Positions 39,193 through 48,656 of a DNA stretch of 64,000 nucleotides are shown here, one piece after another. The translations under genes and the position numbers were made by a program. This DNA is from an uncultured candidate division Zixibacteria bacterium (lineage in GTDB: Bacteria; Zixibacteria; MSB-5A5; UBA10806), in the NCBI GenBank assembly GCA_963817915.1, contig CAWFQL010000011.1, positions 192,001-256,000 on the forward strand. The letters are read 5' to 3'. The notes beneath the pieces were generated by a model. That model was not told the origin of the DNA and ran no database searches. It saw only the letters and a list, made by a program, of their open reading frames with translations. Within the stretch, counting starts at the first letter, position 1. Every line of letters begins with the position of its first letter.

Positions 39193-41282
39193 TGGCATCC
39201 AAGCCTGACATGGTTCCCGATAATACGCCATTTCTGGTAAAAATTACTAAGCATGCCGATATCGTGCTGGCAGTGATGATAGTTTTCATCATCGGCATTT
39301 TAGTTCTGCCATTGCCGCCGACTATTCTCGATTTTCTTTTGGCATTCAATATCGCGCTCTCCCTCGTGGTGCTACTGGTTACAATGTATATCACCAAGCC
39401 GCTTGAGCTCTCGGTATTCCCCGGCATGCTTTTGATTCTCACCCTTTTCCGCCTTTCTCTCAATGTTGCCTCGACTCGTCTCATCTTAGGCACGGCCTAT
39501 GCGGGCGAAGTTATTTCGTCATTCGGCAATTTTGTAGTCGGCGGAAATTACGTGGTCGGATTCATAATATTCGCGATTTTGGTAATTATTCAATTTGTAG
39601 TCATAACCAAGGGTGCCGGCAGAGTCGCTGAAGTTGCCGCCAGGTTCACATTAGACGCTATGCCCGGCAAGCAGATGGCTATCGATGCCGATTTGAATGC
39701 CGGCCTTATATCAGAAGATGACGCCAGAAATCGCCGAACTCAAATTTCCCGTGAAGCAGATTTTTACGGCGCGATGGATGGCGCTTCCAAGTTTGTTCGT
39801 GGAGACGCGATTGCCGGCGTCTTAATCACCATCATCAATGTTATCGGCGGATTTATTATTGGTGTACTCCAGATGGGCATGTCTGTCACCGATGCATTGA
39901 AAACTTATACGCTTCTATCGGTTGGTGATGGTCTTGTAACTCAGATTCCCGCCCTCTTAGTTGCTACTTCCGCTGGTATCATAGTTACCAGAGCCGCATC
40001 GGAAGCAAATCTCGGACATGATTTAACAAGACAGATCACCGCATATCCCAGAGCCATATTGATCGCTTCCGGGATGCTGTTTATTCTCGGACTTGTTCCC
40101 GGAATGCCGACTCTGCCATTTATGCTGCTTGGCGGTGTGACATCGTTCATCGCCTATTCGACAATAAAGAGCAAAAAAGAAGAAGCCGCCGAAGCCCCTA
40201 AAAAGGAAGCCGCTCCAACTGCCGCGCCGCCGGAAAAGATGGAAGATTTCCTCAAGGTCGATACTCTTGAAGTGGAAATTGGGTACGGCTTGATTCCGTT
40301 AGTCGATGTCTCTCGCGGCAATGATTTACTGGAAAGAATATCGATTATTCGCCGTCAAATTGCCTCAGAATTGGGTGTGCTTGTACCGCCAATTAGAATT
40401 CGGGATAATGTCCGCCTAAAACCGAATCAATATCAGATCAAAATAAAAGGAATCGGGATCGCGTCATCGAATTTATATCCCGGTCAATTATTAGCGATCA
40501 ATCCCGGTTCAGTAAGAGATAAAGTCGCGGGACTTGAAGTAACTGAACCCGCTTTCGGCTTACCGGCCTGCTGGATCGATGATAATCAAAAATCGTTGGC
40601 CGAAAAGAGAGGGTATACGGTTGTCGAGCCCACCGCGGTTCTCGCGACTCATCTAACCGAAATCATTAGATCGCATGCTGCCGAGCTGTTATCGCGTCAG
40701 GAAGTCTCGAAGCTTATCGCCAACGCCAAGGCCGATCATCCGGCGTTGATCGACGAGCTTGTTCCGGGTCAAATGACAGTCGGCCAGGTACAGCATGTGC
40801 TCCAAAATCTTTTAACTGAAAAAGTCCCGATTAAAGATCTGCCGACTGTTCTTGAAGCTCTGGCGGATCACGCGGCTACAATAAAAGATACCGATATACT
40901 CAGCGAATATGCACGCCACGCGCTCGCGCGGAATATATCGGCCTTATGTGTCAATGACGATAACGGAATGAAAGTAATTACTCTCGATCATCAGCTTGAG
41001 AAGTTGATCGGAGATTCAATTCAGAATACCAAACAGGGGATTCTGGCGATATTGCCTACTGAAGTTACTCAAAAGATCATCAACGAAGTAACTATGGCCA
41101 CCAACGAAATGGCAATCGCCGGATATTCACCGCTTATTCTTACAAGTCCCAATATTCGCCTTGCATTTAGAAGATTAATCGCGGCCGCGCTGCCAAAAGT
41201 GACGGTCATATCATTTAACGAGCTAATTCCAAATTTAGAGGTTGAAAGCATAAAAACAGTGAGGGTAACAGATGAAGATTAA
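39192..41282 (+). CDS. flhA: Export protein FlhA
   Basis: RFTLDAMPGKQMAIDADL, FYGAMDGASKFVRGDA. Confidence 0.97.
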   Translation: MASKPDMVPDNTPFLVKITKHADIVLAVMIVFIIGILVLPLPPTILDFLLAFNIALSLVVLLVTMYITKPLELSVFPGMLLILTLFRLSLNVASTRLILGTAYAGEVISSFGNFVVGGNYVVGFIIFAILVIIQFVVITKGAGRVAEVAARFTLDAMPGKQMAIDADLNAGLISEDDARNRRTQISREADFYGAMDGASKFVRGDAIAGVLITIINVIGGFIIGVLQMGMSVTDALKTYTLLSVGDGLVTQIPALLVATSAGIIVTRAASEANLGHDLTRQITAYPRAILIASGMLFILGLVPGMPTLPFMLLGGVTSFIAYSTIKSKKEEAAEAPKKEAAPTAAPPEKMEDFLKVDTLEVEIGYGLIPLVDVSRGNDLLERISIIRRQIASELGVLVPPIRIRDNVRLKPNQYQIKIKGIGIASSNLYPGQLLAINPGSVRDKVAGLEVTEPAFGLPACWIDDNQKSLAEKRGYTVVEPTAVLATHLTEIIRSHAAELLSRQEVSKLIANAKADHPALIDELVPGQMTVGQVQHVLQNLLTEKVPIKDLPTVLEALADHAATIKDTDILSEYARHALARNISALCVNDDNGMKVITLDHQLEKLIGDSIQNTKQGILAILPTEVTQKIINEVTMATNEMAIAGYSPLILTSPNIRLAFRRLIAAALPKVTVISFNELIPNLEVESIKTVRVTDED

Positions 41283-42453
41283 GAAGTTTATTGCAGCGAG
41301 TCTTCCTGAGGCTCTTTCCAAAGTCAAAGAGGATTTTGGGGAGGATGCTGTAATCCTAAAAACCAGATTCAGCAGCAAGAATGGAACATCAGGAAAGAAT
41401 CTCAAATCAGTCGAAGTCACGGCCGCTATCGATGAAAACGCTCCAAAGGTAGCAAATCCTGAGACCAAGACCATCAAATCTCCGGCTGGCACCAATCGTC
41501 TACTTACTACCGAAACGATCAGGCCGATGGAGATGAGACAAACTCCCAATGAGTCATTGAATGACATCAAGATTGAATTGTCATCGCTCAAGAAGGAGAT
41601 GGAACTTTCGCGAACACAGTCATTATTCGGGCAGCCATCGGGAATATTCCTTGATATAGCGCGACAACTGGTATCGTCAAATCTTCCCGAATCAATCGCG
41701 ATTGAAGTAGCAAAGAGACTTCAAGCCGAAGGCGCGACATTCCTGGGCACCGATGCCGCATGGTTAAAGGCAAAAAGCATTTTGGCAGGTATGCTATCTC
41801 CCGGCGATCCAATCCGCATGGCAGATAGCGGTTCAACCGTTGTAATGCTTATCGGTCCGTCAGGCGCGGGGAAATCATCCGCGGCCGCCAGACTGGCATT
41901 TCATTATAGTGTCGAAAAAAGAATCCCTGTCACATTAATCACGACCGACACATTCAGGGCCGATTCCAGAGAGCAGATTAAATCTCTCTCAAATGTAATC
42001 GGATGTCCGTTTGCCTCAGTATCGTCTCCCGAGGAATTGCTGGTAGCGCTCAGATCATATAAAGATGGCTTGATTATCGTTGATACAAGCGGAGCCGGTA
42101 ATGACGCCGAGATTCTCGAACTCGAATCTATGATAGGGGCCGCTAATCCGCATGAGGTACATCTTGTTGTGCCAGCCGATATTCCAGCCGATGATGCCAA
42201 GAGGCTTATCGAAAACCATCCAGATTTGCGCATCAATAAAATATTGGTAACCAAGCTCGATCAGAGCCGTTGCAGAGGCGGAATAATGGCCGCGGTAATC
42301 GAGAACAACCTGAGATTTTCATTCCAGAGCGCCTCGCGCGAAATACCCGGATTTTTCGGAACATTCGATCAGGAAAATTTCATAGATGCGTTTTTGCCAT
42401 CCAAGGCGACAACTCAAAGAGAATCCGAAGAGATTTATGAGGTGGTGAAATAA
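41272..42453 (+). CDS. flhF: SRP-family GTPase FlhF (divergent)
   Basis: MKIKKF..EAL.KVK..FGEDAVIL, GPSGAGKS, DTFR, DTSG, TKLD. Confidence 0.88.
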   Translation: MKIKKFIAASLPEALSKVKEDFGEDAVILKTRFSSKNGTSGKNLKSVEVTAAIDENAPKVANPETKTIKSPAGTNRLLTTETIRPMEMRQTPNESLNDIKIELSSLKKEMELSRTQSLFGQPSGIFLDIARQLVSSNLPESIAIEVAKRLQAEGATFLGTDAAWLKAKSILAGMLSPGDPIRMADSGSTVVMLIGPSGAGKSSAAARLAFHYSVEKRIPVTLITTDTFRADSREQIKSLSNVIGCPFASVSSPEELLVALRSYKDGLIIVDTSGAGNDAEILELESMIGAANPHEVHLVVPADIPADDAKRLIENHPDLRINKILVTKLDQSRCRGGIMAAVIENNLRFSFQSASREIPGFFGTFDQENFIDAFLPSKATTQRESEEIYEVVK

Positions 42454-43241
42454 TGTCGTTAACAATGGCAAAAGGTGTTGCCTTTCTATCCGGCTCCGGA
42501 GGCTCTGGAAGAACTACGGTCGCTTCCAATCTGGCGTTCTACGCGAGCCGGAAAAGAAGAAAAGCCTTGCTTGTTGATTTCTGTTTTGGATGGAATGGTA
42601 TCGATTTCGGATTGCCGGAGCTGCCTGATTATAATCGTATAATCAACACCCGCGAGGACATCCGAAATTCTGTTTTGCATACCGAGTATGGTTTCGATGT
42701 TCTGACTTGCACTCCGCCTGAAATTCTCGATCCCAAATTGGAGGATATGCGGAAGCTGGCCAAGCATGTCAATGAACTCGGCAAGCAATACGATTATCTG
42801 ATAATTGATCCACCCTCGGGCGGTCATCCATTGGCGCTTCTTGCCGCAGGATTGTGCGAGCAGATTTGCCTTTTGACCAGGCCCGATGCTTCATCAGTAG
42901 CGACCTCATACAGCCTGCTGAAATCCTTGAATACCGAAGGGCTATTCTCGAGGACGAAGTTGATTTTCAATCTCGTGGAGTCGCCGGATCACGCGCTGTC
43001 ATTGAGAAACCGTTTCGATATCATCACCAGGCAATTCCTCGGGTTGAGCGTCGAAGACGGTGGATTCATATTCAAGCGCGCTTCTCAGCCATCGGATGAT
43101 CTTTACATCAATGAATTCAACGAAGAATCACAAGCATCTCTAAGCAACATTAATCTTGGGGAATTGTTCGTGTTACAGGATGAAACAAGGCCTGTCGAAT
43201 CATTAACGAATGTTCCAGAATCGGTTTTTGAGAGACGATAA
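42453..43241 (+). CDS. flhG: MinD-like FlhG/FleN with degenerate Walker A
   Basis: Between flhF and fliA; SGSGGSGRTT..NLA, YDYLIID. Confidence 0.75.
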   Translation: MSLTMAKGVAFLSGSGGSGRTTVASNLAFYASRKRRKALLVDFCFGWNGIDFGLPELPDYNRIINTREDIRNSVLHTEYGFDVLTCTPPEILDPKLEDMRKLAKHVNELGKQYDYLIIDPPSGGHPLALLAAGLCEQICLLTRPDASSVATSYSLLKSLNTEGLFSRTKLIFNLVESPDHALSLRNRFDIITRQFLGLSVEDGGFIFKRASQPSDDLYINEFNEESQASLSNINLGELFVLQDETRPVESLTNVPESVFERR

Positions 43242-43278
43242 CCATAAGAGCAGTCAACTTTTATTGTAGGAAGAGGAT

Positions 43279-44037
43279 ATGGCCACATTAGCAACTTGGG
43301 AAAGATTTAGAAGAACTAACGACGTTGAAATGAGAACTAAGCTTTTAGAGGACTATCTGCCATTGGTGAAGAATGTCGCCGGACGTATGGCAGCGGGTTT
43401 CCCGAAATCCGTAGAGCTGAATGATCTCATCAATACCGGGGTTATCGGCCTTATTGAAGCATTCAACAATTTCGATCCGCAAAGAGGAGTCAAATTCGAA
43501 ACCTTCGCGGTCCCGCGCATCAGAGGAGCCATCCTCGATGAGTTGCGCGCGCTCGATTGGGTGCCTCGTTCTACCAGAGCCAAAGCCCGAAATATCGACA
43601 GGGCGATTCTTAAGCTCGAAGGAGAATTGGGTAGAGGGCCATCGGATCATGAGCTGGCGGCAACATTGGATATTTCAATGGAAGACTACCATGCGGCTAT
43701 GAAGGATGTCAGCGTAACGTCGTTGCTTTCGCTGGATGAATTAATTTGCCGGGAAGACGACAACAGGCAAGTACCACGAATAGAAACTATCGAAAACACC
43801 AACACGATCGATGTTTTAAGCGACATGGAAAAGCTCGAACTGAGAGTGTTTTTGATTCACGCGATCAGCAGCCTTACGGAACAGGAAAGGCTGGTTGTAT
43901 CGCTCTATTACTACGAGGAATTGACCTTGAAGGAAATCGGAGAAATAATGCTGATTTCCGAATCGCGAGTCTCCCAGATTCATACCAGAGCTGTAAATAG
44001 ACTTAAATGCATGATAAGGGACAAATTTGCCATCTAA
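43279..44037 (+). CDS. fliA: Flagellar sigma factor sigma28 (FliA/WhiG)
   Basis: RIRGAILDELRALDWVPRS, LYYYEELTLKEIG, SESRVSQIH. Confidence 0.96.
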   Translation: MATLATWERFRRTNDVEMRTKLLEDYLPLVKNVAGRMAAGFPKSVELNDLINTGVIGLIEAFNNFDPQRGVKFETFAVPRIRGAILDELRALDWVPRSTRAKARNIDRAILKLEGELGRGPSDHELAATLDISMEDYHAAMKDVSVTSLLSLDELICREDDNRQVPRIETIENTNTIDVLSDMEKLELRVFLIHAISSLTEQERLVVSLYYYEELTLKEIGEIMLISESRVSQIHTRAVNRLKCMIRDKFAI

Positions 44038-44063
44038 AGGGTGAATTTCCGAAGGGATCAGGA

Positions 44064-44378
44064 ATGTCGGACAGGGTAGAATTAAATACATCGATTTCTG
44101 CCGCAGAAAGTATCAAAAGCGTCGGGCATACAAAAGATCCTCGGTCGGAAGAAGCCAAAAGGCAATTTGCCATGGAGCTTGACAAGAAGCTTGCAGAGGA
44201 AAAACAGAAGAATAAAAAGAAGAAAGACGAAGACGAGATAATTATTCAAGGCGATAAAAAACAAAATGAAGATGAAAACGACAAAAATAGAGAGGAACAC
44301 GAACATCAATCATCGTCGAGCCAGCAGGATGGAAGCAAAAAGCCGTCTCAGGGTAATACGATCGATTTAATTGTTTAG
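44064..44378 (+). CDS. Small charged hypothetical protein
   Basis: Follows fliA; Lys/Glu-rich; ends GNTIDLIV. Confidence 0.65.
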   Translation: MSDRVELNTSISAAESIKSVGHTKDPRSEEAKRQFAMELDKKLAEEKQKNKKKKDEDEIIIQGDKKQNEDENDKNREEHEHQSSSSQQDGSKKPSQGNTIDLIV

Positions 44379-44388
44379 GAGGTTTAAA

Positions 44389-44784
44389 ATGTCAGGCATT
44401 ACAATCATAGCGGTCATGTCCATCATCAATGCCGCGCTGCTTTCGGCGATATTATATATTTTCGTTACTGAAAGCAAAAAGCATCAAAAGCTGATAGCGG
44501 AAGACCGGCAGAATCTCTATAGCTCGATTTCCGGATTAACCGATAAAGTCAAAAAGATATTCAAGGCTCCGGAGCCGCATTATTCCAATGAGATGACCGC
44601 GCAAACGATCTCGCCCAATATCGGCCTAAGCAGGGCGGAGATGGTTGTGCAAAGGCTAAAGGGCGGCGCTTCCCCGGAACAAGTAAGCAGAGAATTAGGA
44701 TTTTCTCGTTCTGAAATCGGAATTATCATGGCTACTGCCAAAACATCGAATAAAAATCATGAAACAGTCGCGGCAAGGCTGTAG
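44389..44784 (+). CDS. Membrane-anchored hypothetical protein with C-terminal HTH-like motif (DUF2802-like)
   Basis: SD AGGAGG; N-terminal TM; GASPEQVSRELGFSRSEI. Confidence 0.7.
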   Translation: MSGITIIAVMSIINAALLSAILYIFVTESKKHQKLIAEDRQNLYSSISGLTDKVKKIFKAPEPHYSNEMTAQTISPNIGLSRAEMVVQRLKGGASPEQVSRELGFSRSEIGIIMATAKTSNKNHETVAARL

Positions 44785-44845
44785 AAAAATCGAGTTTTGC
44801 CGATAGCAATAATGACGAAACACACTTCAATAGAAGGCAGGGTCT

Positions 44846-46030
44846 ATGGCTTATCAACAGCCGCTTTTTAATACCAAAATAGAATGTCCGATATGCAAGA
44901 CCTCAAATGAATTCGAGACAATAAAACAGGGTGCGTACACCGAATCGAACCGAGACACCGATTTCTGTCCCACCGGCGTGAACTGGGTCGATCCGGCATA
45001 CCAGAAATTTAACCCGTTATTGTTTTATACCGCGACCTGCAAGAGTTGTCATTATACACGCGAACTGAATGCTTCTTATAAGGACTGGCAATCCGATCCT
45101 AATTTCAAATCCTATCGTCTGCCCCAGCTCAAGGTCAAACATATGGAAGAATTGTCTCGGGATAATAGTTTCATCGGCCTTCTTGGAAGCCATATCAATC
45201 AGCAAACATTTCCCAGAGAATCCGCGATTATCAAATTCATGCTTTTGATATTCGATGAAGAACTTAATGAAAGAATGTCCAATCTCGATATAGCTCGTTA
45301 CTTTCTGAGAATCGCATGGCTGTACAGAGAAGAAAATCTCAAATCGAAAAATAAGGGCAGTATCCCTGGTCAGATGATCCTTAATCGTGTACAAACCGAA
45401 ATCGATCGTCTTAAGACTCTAATCGATGATTTTGGCGAAAAGCTTTTGCCTTTACACAAAATGGTGCTTTCCGATGATATTACGAATTCCGGTACGGATA
45501 AGAACTCCGCGGTTTCCGAGGGCCTAAGGGGAGCCTTTGGAAATGTGGAATCCTACTGGGAATCGTTGAAATCCGATATCACCAAATTGCAGACAGAATT
45601 TGAAATTGTGCGCAAGGGCATCATGGTGCCCGGCACAAATACTGTCGCGACAGAAAATGACCAATTTGGGAGATTCGCGACATTTGGAGAATTTCTTCAA
45701 AGGGCCAAAGAGCTTTGGGCGGAAACTCCATTGACCGAATTCGAAGCCATGACTAGGGCCCAGGATTATTACCTAAAGGCCTATCAAAACAGCAGGGAGA
45801 TCAAGAAAGGTCTCCAGCAATTGCAGGCCGCTTATCTTATTGCCGAACTCTCGAGAAGAACAGGCAATATGCCGCAGGCCAACGAGTATTTTAAAATTAC
45901 GACAAGGATGGCTCATGAAATGGTGACCAGGGAAAAAGACAAGGCCCTGATTGCTAACGCCAGGAAAATCCTTGAAATGGCAGTAGAGCAATCCCGCATC
46001 GTAAAATCGCCGGCAGGAGTTAGCGCATGA
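44846..46030 (+). CDS. DUF2225-like protein (Zn-finger + helical/TPR-like)
   Basis: ECPIC..F, DTDFCP, CKSCHY, LRIAWLYRE, YLIAELSRR. Confidence 0.75.
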   Translation: MAYQQPLFNTKIECPICKTSNEFETIKQGAYTESNRDTDFCPTGVNWVDPAYQKFNPLLFYTATCKSCHYTRELNASYKDWQSDPNFKSYRLPQLKVKHMEELSRDNSFIGLLGSHINQQTFPRESAIIKFMLLIFDEELNERMSNLDIARYFLRIAWLYREENLKSKNKGSIPGQMILNRVQTEIDRLKTLIDDFGEKLLPLHKMVLSDDITNSGTDKNSAVSEGLRGAFGNVESYWESLKSDITKLQTEFEIVRKGIMVPGTNTVATENDQFGRFATFGEFLQRAKELWAETPLTEFEAMTRAQDYYLKAYQNSREIKKGLQQLQAAYLIAELSRRTGNMPQANEYFKITTRMAHEMVTREKDKALIANARKILEMAVEQSRIVKSPAGVSA

Positions 46031-46773
46031 TTGAACAGCGCGCTGAATCCATTGAACATATATCGCTCTGGGAGCGAGTGGTGCTTACCCTCCAACGTGA
46101 AGGTCAGCGTGCCGATTTTTTGACTCGGATTGAAGATATTAGAAAAGATTGTTTTAGACTTGAGATGCCAATCAGACAGAATGGCAGCTTGCATTTACAA
46201 AAGGGAGATGTTGTGGACGTTACTTTTAATAGAAAAGATGCCTCATACTCATTCAAGGCCAGCATTCTCGATCTCTTCGAGGGTGAAACAAAATCAATGA
46301 ACATACAAAAAATAACAGATACCGATAGAGTCCAACGAAGAAAGTATGTCAGGCTCGATATTTCGGGTGAGATGACCTACAAGGTCGTCGAAACATCAAC
46401 TTCCGGAGATGAAGGATTGAGTTCTGAAAAAGATGGAACGATCCTGAATCTTTCGGCCGGCGGAGTACTGTTTGAAGTTGCAAAAAAGATTAAAGTCGAT
46501 TCTATTTTGATAGTTGGCTTTGTTCTGAAAGAAAACCAGGCTCTAAATAATATCCTGGCCATAGTAAAAAGATGCGAAGGTTCCAAGGCAGACGGTTATC
46601 TGGTAGGAGCTGAATTCCTGACAAAAAATAATATTGCGCAGTACGGCCTCAATAAACTACAAGATTTTCTCCCTCCGGGCTCCGGCACATTCGACGAAAA
46701 TCTTCAAAAACTGATTGTTCAGTTCATTTACGATCAGCAGGTTGAACTGCGGAAAAAAGGTTTATTGTTTTAA
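46027..46773 (+). CDS. PilZ-domain flagellar brake (YcgR/MotI-like)
   Basis: QRRKYVR and NLSAGG c-di-GMP motifs. Confidence 0.85.
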   Translation: MIEQRAESIEHISLWERVVLTLQREGQRADFLTRIEDIRKDCFRLEMPIRQNGSLHLQKGDVVDVTFNRKDASYSFKASILDLFEGETKSMNIQKITDTDRVQRRKYVRLDISGEMTYKVVETSTSGDEGLSSEKDGTILNLSAGGVLFEVAKKIKVDSILIVGFVLKENQALNNILAIVKRCEGSKADGYLVGAEFLTKNNIAQYGLNKLQDFLPPGSGTFDENLQKLIVQFIYDQQVELRKKGLLF

Positions 46774-47330
46774 TGAATTACTGTTTTAAAATAATTGCAA
46801 TTTCATTTGTCGTTTTAATCGCTTCATTTAGTGTCCTGGAAGCAAAAAAGCTCAGCAAGAATATTTCTATATCAATTGGATATGAATCGGGCACGGATTC
46901 CCTCAAAGCAATGTCGCTGGCAGAAAATATCGAAAGAGAGCTAAGTCTATCGGGATATTCCGGTCAGCTTAAAATTGTAGAAAAGTCTGCTCCCACCGAC
47001 AGTTCCGAATTCAGGGCATATATTGAAGTGACCAAATCAAGTTGGGAGACCGGCAGGGCGTTCTCAATACCTTATATAATGAATCGCTATAAGCGAATAT
47101 TTTGGGTAGAGTCAATATTGGATATACCGTCGGCAGGGAAGAAGAAGACCAGATTTTATAAATCATTTGCGGTCAAACAATCATGCGGCGTACAAGCGCA
47201 ATTCCTGACGAATGATAAATACGATCCTGATCTTTTTCCGGATCAGAATGAAAAAATAAGAATGGAAGACGCAGGTTATCAAAAACTTGCGAAAGAGCTG
47301 GCGAAAGGGTTGAGTGAGAATCTAAAATGA
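46773..47330 (+). CDS. Exported hypothetical protein
   Basis: Signal peptide; overlaps both neighbours. Confidence 0.65.
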   Translation: MNYCFKIIAISFVVLIASFSVLEAKKLSKNISISIGYESGTDSLKAMSLAENIERELSLSGYSGQLKIVEKSAPTDSSEFRAYIEVTKSSWETGRAFSIPYIMNRYKRIFWVESILDIPSAGKKKTRFYKSFAVKQSCGVQAQFLTNDKYDPDLFPDQNEKIRMEDAGYQKLAKELAKGLSENLK

Positions 47331-47770
47331 CATACCCGATCGTATCAACATCAAGAGTCAGCGATTTGCGATTAAAATCCAGAAAGATTCTTGTAGTTGA
47401 TGACGAAGAGTTTGTCTGCAATTTGGTATCTACGATTCTCGAAAAATATCTTGGATTTGAGGTAAGTAAGGCAAAAAACGGAAGTGAAGCGATCGCGGGA
47501 GCGTTAACCGGCGGATATGACGCCGCAATAATTGATCTCTCCATGCCAAATACCTCGGGAATGAAAGCCATTAAAACTATCAAAACTATGTGCCCCAATT
47601 TCCCGATTATCGCCATGAGCGGAAAAACCCTCGATTTTCGTCCCTCAGAAATAGAAAAGGAACTCGGTTGTGAACGATTTTTACAAAAGCCATTTAAGAT
47701 ATCATCGCTAATACTTGAAATAACATCGCTATTTGATTCGGACGATAAACCGTCCGAAATGCAATTTTAA
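47327..47770 (+). CDS. Single-domain response regulator
   Basis: LVVDDE, IDLSMP, MSG, KPF. Confidence 0.88.
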   Translation: MTYPIVSTSRVSDLRLKSRKILVVDDEEFVCNLVSTILEKYLGFEVSKAKNGSEAIAGALTGGYDAAIIDLSMPNTSGMKAIKTIKTMCPNFPIIAMSGKTLDFRPSEIEKELGCERFLQKPFKISSLILEITSLFDSDDKPSEMQF

Positions 47771-47783
47771 TAGCGTCTAAACA

Positions 47784-48635
47784 ATGGAGGGTTGGGTGAC
47801 CCGGAATTCTAATAGAACCGGTCCAGTCTCACTGGAACAAGAATTAAAAGTACTTTATGAAATCTCCGAGATGGTGCAGCAATCGGCTATCGAACCTAAT
47901 TCATTCGAGGAAATCCTCAAAAAACTTGGGAAGGTGGTCGATTATCGATCTGCTTCTCTTTTTACCATCTCCAAAAATGATTCGAAACTTGAGGAAATTT
48001 CGACAATCGGAAGACGAGTTGATCTGATCGATTTTGTTAAATTTGATCTGGGAACCGGCATCTCCGCATGGGTGGCGAAACAACAGCGGCCCATAATGCT
48101 GAATAATCTCAGGAAAACCAAGGGTGGCACGCATACCAGATCATTTCTCTCCGCCCCTATCGTTTTCGTCAACGAGACGGTGGGAATTTTAAACCTCGCT
48201 CACGATGAGCCCGAAGCCTTCACGAATAGGGACGTTGAAATAGTCGGAGTGCTTACTTCGACATTGGCTTTGCTAATAGAGCGAATCGACTATCAAAAAG
48301 AGCTTGCTCTCAAGACCGAAGAATTACTGGCCAAAACAACCGAATTGGAAATGGCCAAAAAGAAATTGCTTTCGGTCCAGCAGGTACAAAACACCAATGA
48401 ATTGGTTGTGACATTAAATCAGAAAATCAATAACCCTCTGGCGATAATTGCCGGCAACGCCCAATTTCTCTTGATGACGATGAAAAATTCCAGCGGCTCC
48501 GTTTTAAAACGGCTAAAAGCGATCGATAAAGAAGCGGCTAATATCCTCACGATTACGGAGCAACTCCGCGATTTTCATGCGGGCCACCAAATAGGCAAAA
48601 CCAATTTGGAGTATTCTGAAATCAAGAGACTCTAA
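47784..48635 (+). CDS. GAF domain + His-less DHp helix pair, no ATPase domain
   Basis: GAF (GTGISAWVAK, SFLSAPI); NQKINNPLAII where HEINNPL is expected. Confidence 0.75.
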   Translation: MEGWVTRNSNRTGPVSLEQELKVLYEISEMVQQSAIEPNSFEEILKKLGKVVDYRSASLFTISKNDSKLEEISTIGRRVDLIDFVKFDLGTGISAWVAKQQRPIMLNNLRKTKGGTHTRSFLSAPIVFVNETVGILNLAHDEPEAFTNRDVEIVGVLTSTLALLIERIDYQKELALKTEELLAKTTELEMAKKKLLSVQQVQNTNELVVTLNQKINNPLAIIAGNAQFLLMTMKNSSGSVLKRLKAIDKEAANILTITEQLRDFHAGHQIGKTNLEYSEIKRL

Positions 48636-48656
48636 ATTATTTGACATGTAATTCAT

